Source: an uncultured Thermoleophilia bacterium
Lineage (GTDB): Bacteria > Actinomycetota > Thermoleophilia > Gaiellales > Gaiellaceae
Direction of reading: 5' to 3'
Assembly (NCBI GenBank): GCA_963844075.1
Contig: CAWJMP010000007.1
Span: forward strand, 48,756-112,755
Length of the DNA: 64,000 nucleotides
This document shows, in pieces, positions 51,324 through 61,226 of this stretch; the stretch's first letter is position 1; the number at the start of each line of letters is the position of its first letter. A model generated the notes under the pieces. It was not told the DNA's origin, ran no database searches, and saw only the letters and a list, made by a program, of their open reading frames with translations. A program made the position numbers and the translations under genes.

Positions 51324-52434
51324 GCACCGCCGAGGAGCGCACCTGGGAAACGGTCCGGCGCGCCTACGAGGAGCGGCCTCGAGGGCGTCGCCGCGACCAC
51401 CGGCGCCTCGTTGCGCTGGCAGCGCTCGTCGCGCTCGGCAGCGTCGTGACCGCCGCCGTCCTCTCCGCGCCGGGCCGCGCGGTCTTCGAACGTGTGCGGG
51501 AGGCGGTCGGCGTCGAGCACGCTGCGCCGGCCCTCTTCTCGCTGCCGGCACCGGGACGCCTCCTCGTCGTCTCGCCCGGCCAGGGCGGCGTCTGGATCGT
51601 CGAGCCCGACGGGCTCAAGCGGCGAATCGGCTTCTACCGCGATGCCCGCTGGTCGCCACACGGCCTCTACATCGTCGCCACGCGGCCCGACGAGCTCGCG
51701 GCGCTCAGCCCCGGCGGCGGCGTCCGCTGGTCGCTCGCCCGGCGCGGAGTCCGCTTCCCTGCGTGGGAGGGAACGCGAACCGACACACGCATCGCCTACG
51801 TGACCGACGGCGGCCTCCGGGTCGTCGCGGGGGACGGCACGGGCGATCGGCTGCTCGACAGGTCCGGCGGCAGTACACCGCCCGCCTGGGATCCCGCGCG
51901 GATCCACACACTCGCCTACTACGCGAAAGGTGCGATCGTGCTGCGCGCGGACGATGGCAGCCTCGTCTGGCGCAGGCCGATCACAGTGACGCCGACCAGT
52001 CTCGACTGGTCGTCCGACGGCCGCTATCTCGCCGTCTCCTCGCGGACGCGCATCATCGTCCTCGATGCGTCCGGGCACGTTCACCGTACGATCTCCGAGC
52101 TCGGGGCGAAGCGTCTCAGCGGCGCCTTCGAGCCGGGCTCCCATCGCCTCGCCGTCGACATCCGGCGCGCGAGCCGAAGCGAGGTTCAGCTCGTCGACCT
52201 CGACCGGACCGCCTCCGTACGGCTCCTCTTCGCCGGGCCCGGTGCCTTCGGCGATCTCGCCTGGTCGCCGAGCGGCCGGGTCCTCCTCGTCACCTGGCCG
52301 GCCGCGAACCAGTGGATCTTCCTGCACGGCACGCGCGCCAGCGCGGTCGGCAACATCCGCGAGCAGTTCCGGCGCGCCGGCGCGAGCCGGCGGCGCCGCT
52401 GCAAGTGGCCGGCCGCTGGTGCTGCGCCGGGTAG
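51320..52434 (+). CDS. Single-pass membrane protein with extracytoplasmic TolB-like beta-propeller (putative anti-sigma/sensor partner); C-terminus unresolved
   Basis: It has a GTGA overlap with the sigma gene. A short cytoplasmic head is followed by the TM helix LVALAALVALGSVVTAAVL and then WSPHG/WSSDGRY/WSPSGR repeats. After ...NIREQF the frame is unclear. One frame ends ...PLQVAGRWCCAG at TAG 52432-52434. Confidence 0.65.
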
Positions 52435-52443
52435 GTTTCGCCG

Positions 52444-52917
52444 ATGGTCGGCGTCGGCGAACGCGTTCCGAACGCGACGGTCTTCCTCGGGCCGAACGAG
52501 CCCGTGACGATGCTCGAGCTGGTCGAGGACGGACCGAAGCTGCTCGTCTTCTACCTGTTCGACTGGTCGTCGACCTGAACGAACGAGCTGGAGCTCCTGC
52601 GTGACAGGAGAGAGGAGTTCGACGCAATCGGCGTGCAGCCGATCGGGATCTCGCGCGACTCTCCCTGGACGCACATCGCCTGGGCGCAGGCACTGGATTT
52701 CAACTTCGGGCTCCTCTCCGACTTCAACGGCGAGGCGGTCCGCGCGTTCGGGATCGGCTGCGAGTTCCGGGGCTTCCGCGAGGTGGCGAGCCGAACGACC
52801 TTCCTCGTCGGGGAGGACGGCGTCGTGCGCGCCCTGTGGCGGTACGAGACCGGCGACGTGCCAGACCTCGACGAGTGGCTCGAGGCGGCCCGCCTGCTCA
52901 CGGCCAAGAGGAGCTAG
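52444..52917 (+). CDS. ahpE: AhpE-type 1-Cys peroxiredoxin with in-frame TGA (codon 45) at the peroxidatic-Cys position; candidate selenoprotein
   Basis: ATG 52444 reads ...KLLVFYLFDWSST, then TGA 52576-52578, then TNELELLRDRREEFDAIGVQPIGISRDSPWTH...SDF...ASRTTFLV... to TAG 52915-52917, all in one frame. The ORF track lists only 52633..52917. Confidence 0.8.
52594..52610 (+). other. SECIS-like stem-loop downstream of the in-frame UGA
   Basis: CTCCTG-CGTGA-CAGGAG is a 6-bp stem with a 5-nt loop containing GU, starting 15 nt after the UGA. An outer helix GAAC (52577-52580) / GTTC (52617-52620) is possible. Confidence 0.5.
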
Positions 52918-52918
52918 G

Positions 52919-53689
52919 TCACATCCCCATCGCGTGATAGCCGCTGTCGACGTACAGCGTCGTCCCGGTGACGTTGCGGGCGCCGTCGCCGAGCAGGTAC
53001 TCGGCCGCGGCGCCGACGTCTTCCGCGTCGACGTGCCGGTGAAGCGGCGAGCGCTCCTCGACGATCGACTCCATCGTCGGGAAGCCCGCGATCGACCGCG
53101 CTGCGAGCGTCCGCACCGGGCCTGCTGAGATCGCGTTGACCCGGATGTTCTTCTGCCCGAGGTCCCACGCGAGGTACTTGACCGAGGAGTCGAGTGTGGC
53201 CTTCGCAACGCCCATCACGTTGTAGTGCGGCACCGCGCGCTCGCCGCCGAGGTAGGTCATGGTGAGAATCGAGCCCCCACCGGCAGCCTCCATCAGCGGC
53301 TCGGCCGCCTTCGCAGCCGCGACCAGCGAGTACGCACTCACGTCGATCGCGAGCCAGAAGCGCTCACGCGGCGTGTCGGTGAAACGGCCTTCGAGATCCT
53401 CGGCCGCCGCGAACGCCACCGAATGGACGAGGATGTCGAGCTTCCCGCCGAAGGTGTCACCGACCTCCGAGAAGACGCGGGCGATCGCAGCATCGTCACG
53501 GACGTCCAGCTCGGTGACGAGCGGGCTTCCGACGGACTCCGCCAGGTCGCGAACGTTCTTCTCGATTCGCTCGCCCTGGAAGGTGAACGCGAGCTCGGCG
53601 CCGCCGGCGGCCAGACGCTGGGCGATCGCCCAGGCGATCGAGCGCTTGTTGGCCACTCCGAGGATCAGGGCTTTCTTGCCGGCGAACAT
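52919..53689 (-). CDS. fabI: Enoyl-[acyl-carrier-protein] reductase (NADH)
   Basis: ORF 52919..53710, start taken at ATG 53689. It has GKKALILGVANKRSIAWAIA, MGVAKATLDSSVKYLA (Y-x6-K) and RVNAISAGP. Confidence 0.93.
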   Translation of the reverse strand: MFAGKKALILGVANKRSIAWAIAQRLAAGGAELAFTFQGERIEKNVRDLAESVGSPLVTELDVRDDAAIARVFSEVGDTFGGKLDILVHSVAFAAAEDLEGRFTDTPRERFWLAIDVSAYSLVAAAKAAEPLMEAAGGGSILTMTYLGGERAVPHYNVMGVAKATLDSSVKYLAWDLGQKNIRVNAISAGPVRTLAARSIAGFPTMESIVEERSPLHRHVDAEDVGAAAEYLLGDGARNVTGTTLYVDSGYHAMGM

Positions 53690-53725
53690 TTGAGGGCCGA
53701 CTCTAACCACCTTCGGCTACTGTGC

Positions 53726-56700
53726 GTGACGTTGCGTCGCCTGCTCATGTTCTCGGCGGTGTTCGGGCTCGCGGCGGCGGCAACAGCCTCGGCCGCGCTC
53801 ACTCCTGTCCGTAGGCCGGTCGGCGAGGCGTCCCTGCCCCGTGTCCGCGCAGGCGTGCTCCACGTTCCCGCGACGCAGACCCGCGGGCTCGTCCGTGTGA
53901 TCGCCCGCCTGGCCGCGCCGCCGCTCGCGGCGTGGTCCTCGGACCGCTCGTTGTCGTCGGCATCCCGCTCGAACCGCCTCGACGTGCAGTCGGCTGGATC
54001 GGTCGCGTACCTCGCCAAGCTCGCCCGCCTCCAAGCCACCGCGGCGGCAGAGGTGCGCGCTGCAATTCCGAAGGCGCGGATCGAGGAGCATTACGGGATC
54101 CTGCTCGACGGCTTCGCGGTGCGATTGCCGGCCAGGTCGCTGCCGACCCTCCTCGGGCTGCAGGCGGTCACGAAGATCTATCCGAGCCTCACCTACACCG
54201 CCACCATGGACCGCGGGCCGAGCGTCATCCACGCCACCGACCTCGAAGCGGCAACAGGCCAGAAAGGCGAAGGCATCAAGATCGGCGTCGTCGACACCGG
54301 TGTCGATCCGTCGAGCCCGTTCCTCAACTCGGCCGGCTTTTCGTACCCCGCCGGGTTCCCGAAGGGCGACACGAAGCTGACGACGCCGAAGGTGATCGTG
54401 GCGAAAGTCTTCCCCGGGCCGGTCCGCGACAAGGCGAGCAACAAGGCGTTCGATCCCACCGAGCCGCACGGCACACACGTCTCCGGCATCGCGGCGGGAG
54501 ACGAGAACACGACGGCCCCCGCAGGCAGAGACCACCCCCTGGTGACGAACCTCTCGGGGGTCGCGCCGAAGGCCTGGATCGGCAACTACCGCGTCTTCAC
54601 CGTCCCGACACCGCTCGGCCACGAAGCCAACACCCCGGAGATCGTCAAGGCCTTCGAAGCGGCGGTGGCCGACGGGATGAACGTGATCAACTTCTCCGGC
54701 GGCGGGCCGCAGACCGATCCTGCGAACGACGCGATGTACGAGGCGATTCACAACACCGTGCTCGCCGGCGTCGTGCCGGTGATCGCCGCGGGGAACGACC
54801 GTGAGGACTTCGGGCTCGGAACGGCAGGCTCACCCGGGACCGCTCCGGACGCGATCTCCGTCGCTGCGACCTCGAACTCGCACGTGTTCGCACCCGCGCT
54901 CTCGGTCGTCGGCGGCCCGCCGTCGCTCGGCGCGATCCCGATCCAGGGCGCCGGCGGTGCTGCCGTGCCCGCTGCCTGGACGACGCTCGACCAGCAGCTC
55001 GTCGACGTGACCACGATCATGGGCACGGACGCCAAGCCGGTCGACTCCCACCTCTGCGGGGCTGCGACGGCCCCGAACACCGCCGTCGGCACGCTGCCGA
55101 AGAATTCCGTGAAGGGCAAGATCCTGCTCGTCTCGCGCGGCGACTGCACCTTCTTCTCGAAAGGCAGAGCGAGCGGCGCTCGGCGGAGCGATCGGGCTGA
55201 TCGTCGTCGACAACCGCTTCGGCGAGGCCAACGCCATCCCGATCCAGCTGCCGCTTCCCGCGGGCATGATCTCCGACCTCGACGGCGCAGAACCTGCGCG
55301 CCTACGCAGACGCGAACGGCGGCCAGGCGACAATCCGCGTCACGAGCGGGATCCAGGAGATCCAGACCGGCCGCAGCGGCGTGATCACGAGCTTCTCGTC
55401 GGCCGGGCCGACCGACTTCGGCCACCTGCTGAAGCCCGACATCTCCGCGCCGGGGCTCGACGTGCTCTCCTCGACGCCGCCTGCGACGACCGGCGAGACG
55501 TTCTCGGTCTTCGCCGGAACGTCGATGGCGACACCGCATGTCGCCGGGGCCGCTGCGCTGCTCCTCCAGCAGCATCCGGGCTGGTCGCCGTGGCAGGTCA
55601 AGTCGGCGCTGATGTCGACTGCCGGACCTGCCTGGGGCGACACGGCGCGCACGCAGGAGGCGCCGGTGCTGCTCGAGGGTGCAGGGCTCACCAATGTGCT
55701 GACCGCCGACGATCCGCTGGTGTTCACCGACCCTCAGTCGCTCTCGTTCCAGCGAATCGACGTCTCGAACGGGCCGCAGCGCTCGTCGCTCCTGCTCACG
55801 TTGACCGACGCGGGCAACGGGTCGGGGAACTGGACGGTCTCGCTCGCGCCGCAGGCGCAGACGAGCGGCGTCGAGATCGACGTCCCCGGCACGGTCGCCC
55901 TCGCCCAGGGCGGCGATGTTCCGGTTCCGGTCGTCGTACGTGCGGCAGCCGATGCCGGCACCGGCGAGAACTACGGCTTCGTCGTCCTTACCCGAAACGG
56001 CGTGCAGCGCCGGGTGCCGTACGGCTTCCTGATCGAGCGGCCCGCGCTCCGCAACCTGACGGCGGTGCCTTTGAAGAAACTGCAGACGGGGAACACCGCG
56101 ACCGGGACCAGCACCGTCTCGGTCTACTGCTGCCCGCTCGCTCCCTTCGGCCCGCCCGTGAACTACACGGGGCCGACGATGAACGAGGACGGTTCGGAGC
56201 ATCTCTATTACACGGACGTCAACCAGCCGATCGTCAACCTGGGCGTCTCCGTTCTCGCCTCCAGCCCCGGCGCGCTGATCGACCCGTTCGTGCTCGGGTC
56301 GAAGGACGAGAACGACGTCCAGGGGTACGCCGGCATCCCGACGGACGTCAACTCCTTGACCTACGACGCAAACCAGGACATCGGCGCCGCCGGCGTCCAA
56401 TTCCCCCGGCTCCAGCGCTTCTACGTGGTCGTCGACTCGCGCGCCGATCCGTTCACGAATCGCCCGCAGAAGGGCAAGTACCTTCTGAATGCCTGGGAGA
56501 ACGATCTGACGCCACCCTTCGTGCGCGTGCTCGACGAGGAAGGTGACTGCCGGGTCGCCCGCTGATCGTCGCTCAGGCGGTCGACTTTCAGTCGGGCGTC
56601 GATCCGGCATCGCTGGTGCTCAACTACGACCACGCGCTGGTCGGAGCCTCGGCATACGACCCTGCCTCGGGACTCGTCCTCTTCGGCCTCCCGACAGCGG

Positions 56701-57117
56701 CACCGAAGCTCAAGCCCGGCACGACCAAGTCGATCGTCGCCGCCTCCGACTACCAGGAGGCCAAGAACATCAACACGATCGGCAACAGCATCTACCCGAA
56801 CACCGCCTTCCTGTCGACGAAGCTCAAGGTCGTCAACGGGCCGACGGTGACCTGGATCGAGCCGCCCTCGAAAGCGTGCGCACTGAAGAGCGACCGCCTC
56901 GTGGTCGTCGCCGGATCGACCAGGAAGATCAAGAGCGTGACGTTCAGCGACGGCACGCGCCGGATCGGGGTCGACAAGACCGGCCCGGTCGGGCGTGTAC
57001 TCGGTGCCGTGGAGCACGAAGGGGCTCGCCAAGGGCCCACGCCACCTGAAGGCAACCGTCACCGACGTGGCAGGGCGCACGGCCACGGCGAGCCTCGACC
57101 TGAAGATCTGCAAGTAG
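53726..57117 (+). CDS. Secreted subtilisin-family (S8) serine protease of about 1130 aa with inserted PA domain and long C-terminal domains; 4-5 frame interruptions
   Basis: It has a signal peptide from GTG 53726. The catalytic residues are VGVVDTGVD, HGTHVSG and GTSMATPHVAG. The gene chains through ORFs 53225..55384, 55266.., 55381..56565, 56543.. and 56616.. and a final frame ending DLKICK at TAG 57115-57117. Breaks lie at 55160-55162 (AAA), 55288-55291, 56530-56560 and 56991-56993 (GGG). Confidence 0.85.
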
Positions 57118-57831
57118 CCGTCGTCACCGGAGCGAGCTCGGGCATCGGTGCCGAGCTGGTGCGCGCGCTGCAGGCGCGCGGCACACTCGTCGTCGGGCTC
57201 TCGCGCCGGCGATCCGAAGCGGACGAGCACGAGGAATGCGACGTCGCCGACCGCGACGCGGTCGACCGCACCGCTGCGCGCGTGCTGGCGCGCCATCCGC
57301 AGCTCGATCTCCTGGTGAACAACGCGGGGATCCCCGCGCGCGCCAACTACCTCGACGCCGGCCCCGAGAAGATCGAGCGCCTCGTGCAGGTCAACTACCT
57401 GGGCTCCGTCTGGCCGACGCTCGCGTTCCTTCCCGGACTGGGCGAGGGGTCACACGTGGTCAACATCGTCTCCGTCGCGGGATCGTTCGCCGTCGGTCCC
57501 TACTCCGCCTCCAAGCACGCGCAACTCGCGTTCTCACGCTCGATCGCGGTGGAGCTCGCGCCGCGCGGGATCACGGTGCACACCGTCAACCCCGGGTTCG
57601 TCGAGACCGAGGGCTTTCCGCAGTTCGAGCACCTGCCGCGAGCCCTGCACCGGCTGATCGCCCACCCCCCACTCGTCGCCGAACGCGTGCTCGCCGCTGA
57701 TCGACGGCGGGAGACGAGAGATCTTCGTGCCCCGCTGGTACCGCCCGGCCGCCTGGGCACAGGCACTCGCACCGGGAGCGATCGCTAGCGTGCGAGCACG
57801 TACCAGCCGACGACGGCCTCGTAGCCGCTAG
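57108..57831 (+). CDS. Short-chain dehydrogenase/reductase; probable CTG start; frame interrupted near 57693-57697
   Basis: (L)QVAVVTGASSGIGAEL..., NNAG and YSASKHAQLAF are in ORF 56616..57788. The tail LIDGGRREIFVPRWYRPAAWAQALAPGAI is in the next frame. The nearest upstream canonical start is a GTG 35 codons inside the protease gene. Confidence 0.78.
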
Positions 57832-58450
57832 GCGCCAGGCTGCGGGCACGCTCCCGCTCGGCTCCCTCGCAGCCTGCGAGGTCGAGGTACGCCTCGATGT
57901 CCCGCGGCTCCCGCACGATCTCCTGGCGGCGCAGAACGAGGTTGTTCGAGTCGAACAGGCCGCGCAGGTCGACGTCGGCGAGCAAACGCGTGGTCGAAGG
58001 GTCGCGCGCGTGCTCGAACCGCGTCAGCTCGAACGACGCGAGCGGATCGCTGGGCGCGAGCTGATCGACCACCAGAATCGTGCCGCCGGGCTTCGTCACC
58101 CGGACGAGCTCGGCGACGAGCAGCTCCGGCCGTGGCGTGTGGTGGAGCGTGCGCAGCGTCGCCGCGACGTCGAACGAGAAGTCCTCGAGCGGAAGATGCT
58201 CGCCGTCGCCGACGACGACCTCGACGTTGGCGGGGGCGTCTGCAGCAGCTCTGGCGGCGACCTCCTCGTCGAGCTCGACGGCAACGACCTCACGCACCCG
58301 GGGCGCGACGGCGAAGGCGAATGCGCCGGTGCCGGCACCGACGTCGAGGACGCGCTCGTCTCCGGCGAGCGGCAGCAGCGCGTCGAGGCGTGCCCGCAGG
58401 CCGGCGGCGCGCGACGCCTGCAGCGCTGCCCGCCGCTCGGCCTTGCTCAC
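57785..58450 (-). CDS. Class I SAM-dependent methyltransferase (Methyltransf_11-like)
   Basis: The last 221 aa of ORF 57785..58900. It has VLDVGAGTGAFAFAVAP and KPGGTILVVD. GTG 58450 forms a GTGA overlap with the alr stop. Confidence 0.8.
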   Translation of the reverse strand: MSKAERRAALQASRAAGLRARLDALLPLAGDERVLDVGAGTGAFAFAVAPRVREVVAVELDEEVAARAAADAPANVEVVVGDGEHLPLEDFSFDVAATLRTLHHTPRPELLVAELVRVTKPGGTILVVDQLAPSDPLASFELTRFEHARDPSTTRLLADVDLRGLFDSNNLVLRRQEIVREPRDIEAYLDLAGCEGAERERARSLAPSGYEAVVGWYVLAR

Positions 58451-59467
58451 CGGTCGTCCACCACCACACGGTGCGCCCGGGGCGGCGCCGTGACGATGCC
58501 GCACGCGAGCTCGTAGGTGATCGTGCCTGCAACCCGCGCATGCTCCTCGAGCGGCAGCCCGGCGCCGACGATCGTCACCGGCGTCCCCGGCGGCAGCTCG
58601 CGGTGCAGCACGACAGCGGTGGCGTCCATCGACACGGCACCGACAACTCTGCACCTTTCTCCGTCGACCCGCACATCCGTGCCGGTGAGGTCGCGGCGGA
58701 ACCCATCCGCGTAGCCGACGGGGAGGATCCCGATCCAGGTGTCCCGGTCGGCGACATACAGGCGGCCGTAACCGGTCGACTCGCCCGCGCGCAGGAGCTT
58801 GCACTGGGCGATCGCGGTCGTCCACGACAGCACCGGCACCAGCCCGTCGTCCGCAGGGTCGCCCGCGAAGGGCGAAAGCCCGTACAGCGCGATGCCGCAA
58901 CGAACGGCATCGAAGCGCGACTCCGGGATCCGGAGCGCCGCTGCGCTGTTGGCAACATGCCGCGTCAGGTGCGAGACGGGCTCCGTCGCGGCGCAGAACC
59001 GCTCGATCTGCACGCGCGCGAACTCGACGTCCGAGTCTGCGGTCGCGAGATGCGTCATCACACCGACGACGTCACGAGTCGGCGCAGGCAGCTCCGACGT
59101 GCCCCAGCGGCCCATGCCGGTGTCGAGCTTCACATGGACGGCGACTCCTTCCGGGATCTCGCCGCCCGCGACGACCAGGGCGAGCCGTGCATCGCGCGCC
59201 TGCGCGATCTCGTCCGCCGACGCCGGCCCGAGCACGAGGATCGACGCGTCCGGAAACTCGCCGCGCAACTCCAGCGCCTCACCGACACTCGCGACGCACA
59301 GCGCCTGCGCACCTGCGGCGAGCGCCGCCCCGGCACAGTCGACCGCGCCGTGCCCGTACGCGTCGCCCTTCACGACCGCCCAGACCTCCGCACCCGCGAC
59401 CGTCGCGCAGCAGCGTCTTGACGTTGTGCCGCAACGCGGCCAGGTCGATCGTGATCTCGGATCTCAC
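58447..59467 (-). CDS. alr: Alanine racemase; frame interrupted at 59399-59402
   Basis: GTG 59467 gives MRSEITIDLAALRHNVKTLLRD. The next frame reads VAGAEVWAVVKGDAYGHGAV (PLP Lys motif)...GYADGFRR...VSMD. The two join if one G of a GG pair is removed. Confidence 0.9.
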
Positions 59468-60867
59468 TGCAGCGGTGTGCGCTGCAGACCGTGACCGGCG
59501 AGCGCGCGCTGCAACGCCGGCAGCAGGTCCGAGGCGATCGCTCCGCGCTGCGGCTCGACGAGCCCGGCCGCAACCCCGTGCGCGACCGCTGCGGTCGCGG
59601 CCGCGAACCGTGCCTCCATGCCCTTCGCGAGGAACGCGGCGACGATCCCGGTGAGGACGTCACCCGAGCCGGCCGTGGCGAGAACAGGTGTGCCGTAGCC
59701 CGCCACGAGCACGCCTTCACGCGGCGCCGCGACGATCGTGTCCGCGCCCTTGAGCAGCACCACCGCCCCGAAGCGCGAGGCTGCCCGCCGCGCGGCGTCG
59801 AGTCTGTGCGCGTCGACCTCGCGGGCCTCCAGCCCGAGCAGGCGGCCGAGCTCGCCGCTGTGCGGCGTCAGGATCGTCGGCGCCGCGCGGGCGAACGGCT
59901 CGAGCCCCCAGAGCGCGTCGGCGTCGAGGACGACCGGCAGCTCGAGCTGCTCGAGCAGGATCCGCACCAGCTCGACCGTGCCGTCGCTGCGGCCCAGGCC
60001 CGGCCCGAGCGCGACCGCATCGGCCTGCTCCGCCGCGGCGAGCACCGCGTCCGCGGACCGGGGCAGCAGGCGCCCCGCCGAATCTTCGGGCAGCGGCCGC
60101 TTGACCACCTCGAGGAGAGTCGTCTCGAGCACCGGCAGCGTCGACTCCGGGGCGGCGAGCGCCACGTAGCCGGCGTCCGCGCGGAACGCAGCCAGCGCCG
60201 TGAGCATCGGCGCGCCCGTCAGTCCACGGGAGCCTCCGACGACGAGCACCGACCCGGCGGTGTACTTCGTCGAGAGCGCCTGCTTGTGCGGCACCTCGAG
60301 CAGCGCGGACGCGGGCACGAGCGCGTGCTCGTGGTCGCGCGGCCGCAGGCCGATCGGCGCAACCTGGACGGAGCCTGCGCGGAAGCGGCCGGGGGCGATC
60401 GCAAGGCCCACCTTGGCGGCGCCGAACGTGACCGTCGACGTCGCCTGGACGGAAGCGCCGGCCAGCTCGCCCGTCGAGGCGTTCACGCCCGACGGGACGT
60501 CGACGGCGACCACCGGCCGCCCGGCACCGTTGATCAGGTCGATCATCCGAGCCGCGTCCTCACGCGGCGCATCGGTGAGCCCGATCCCGAGCAGGGCATC
60601 GACGATCACGTCGGGATCGCCCAGGTCGCCCATTCCTTCGACGAGCGTCACCTCGCGCCCCGCCTCTCGCAGGACGCGCGCGCACACCTTGCCGTCGCCG
60701 CCGTTGTTCCCGGCCCCGCAGACGACCGTGACCCGCCCCGGGTAGTGACGCAGCACGTGCTCGGCGACCGCCGTCCCGGCGCGCTCCATCAGCTCCGCCA
60801 TGGATCCCTGGTGTGCCTCCTCGGCACGGCGGGTCTCGTCGGCCGTCAGCAGCGGCTGCAGCCTCAT
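59464..60867 (-). CDS. nnr: Bifunctional NAD(P)H-hydrate repair enzyme (epimerase/dehydratase)
   Basis: ORF 59464..60957, trimmed to ATG 60867 (ATGA overlap with acpS). It has VVCGAGNNGGDG, the YjeF-C part GGSRGLTGAPML and TAGSGDVLTG. Intact. Confidence 0.9.
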   Translation of the reverse strand: MRLQPLLTADETRRAEEAHQGSMAELMERAGTAVAEHVLRHYPGRVTVVCGAGNNGGDGKVCARVLREAGREVTLVEGMGDLGDPDVIVDALLGIGLTDAPREDAARMIDLINGAGRPVVAVDVPSGVNASTGELAGASVQATSTVTFGAAKVGLAIAPGRFRAGSVQVAPIGLRPRDHEHALVPASALLEVPHKQALSTKYTAGSVLVVGGSRGLTGAPMLTALAAFRADAGYVALAAPESTLPVLETTLLEVVKRPLPEDSAGRLLPRSADAVLAAAEQADAVALGPGLGRSDGTVELVRILLEQLELPVVLDADALWGLEPFARAAPTILTPHSGELGRLLGLEAREVDAHRLDAARRAASRFGAVVLLKGADTIVAAPREGVLVAGYGTPVLATAGSGDVLTGIVAAFLAKGMEARFAAATAAVAHGVAAGLVEPQRGAIASDLLPALQRALAGHGLQRTPLQ

Positions 60868-61226
60868 CCGTCGACCACCACCGCGACGGCAGCCGCGAGC
60901 TCGCGCGAGTGGGTCATCGAGAGCTCGATCGGGCCTGCGCCGATCTTCTTCGCCCATTCGGCGGTGCGGCCGGTCAGGAAGACCCCGGGCTTCGGCCTGC
61001 CCCGAACCTCGATCTCCTTCCAGGTGAAGTACACGCCCGACCCCAGGGCCTTGCCGACCGCCTCCTTCGCCGCGAAGCGGCCTGCATAGTGCTGCGGCGG
61101 GTTGGGCTTCGAGTCGCAGTAGGTGCGCTCGGCCTCGGTGAAGCAGCGCTCCTTGAAGTCCTCGCCGTGGCGCGCGAGCGCGCGCCGTATCCGGTCGATC
61201 TCGATCAGGTCGACCCCGACGCGCAT
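60864..61226 (-). CDS. acpS: Holo-[acyl-carrier-protein] synthase
   Basis: The last 120 aa of ORF 60864..62480: MRVGVDLIEIDRIRRAL...RFAAKEAVGKALG...IELSMTHSRELAAAVAVV. Confidence 0.92.
   Translation of the reverse strand: MRVGVDLIEIDRIRRALARHGEDFKERCFTEAERTYCDSKPNPPQHYAGRFAAKEAVGKALGSGVYFTWKEIEVRGRPKPGVFLTGRTAEWAKKIGAGPIELSMTHSRELAAAVAVVVDG

Noticed and set aside
52576-52578. Treating the TGA in the peroxiredoxin as an ordinary stop, giving a 44-aa fragment plus a 94-aa fragment (a pseudogene).
   Set aside because: This is not fully excluded, but it is disfavoured. The codon falls exactly at the catalytic Cys column. The frame is preserved on both sides. The downstream half keeps all conserved Prx motifs. 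A SECIS-like hairpin follows at the expected distance. The outcome depends on whether Sec machinery exists elsewhere in the genome.
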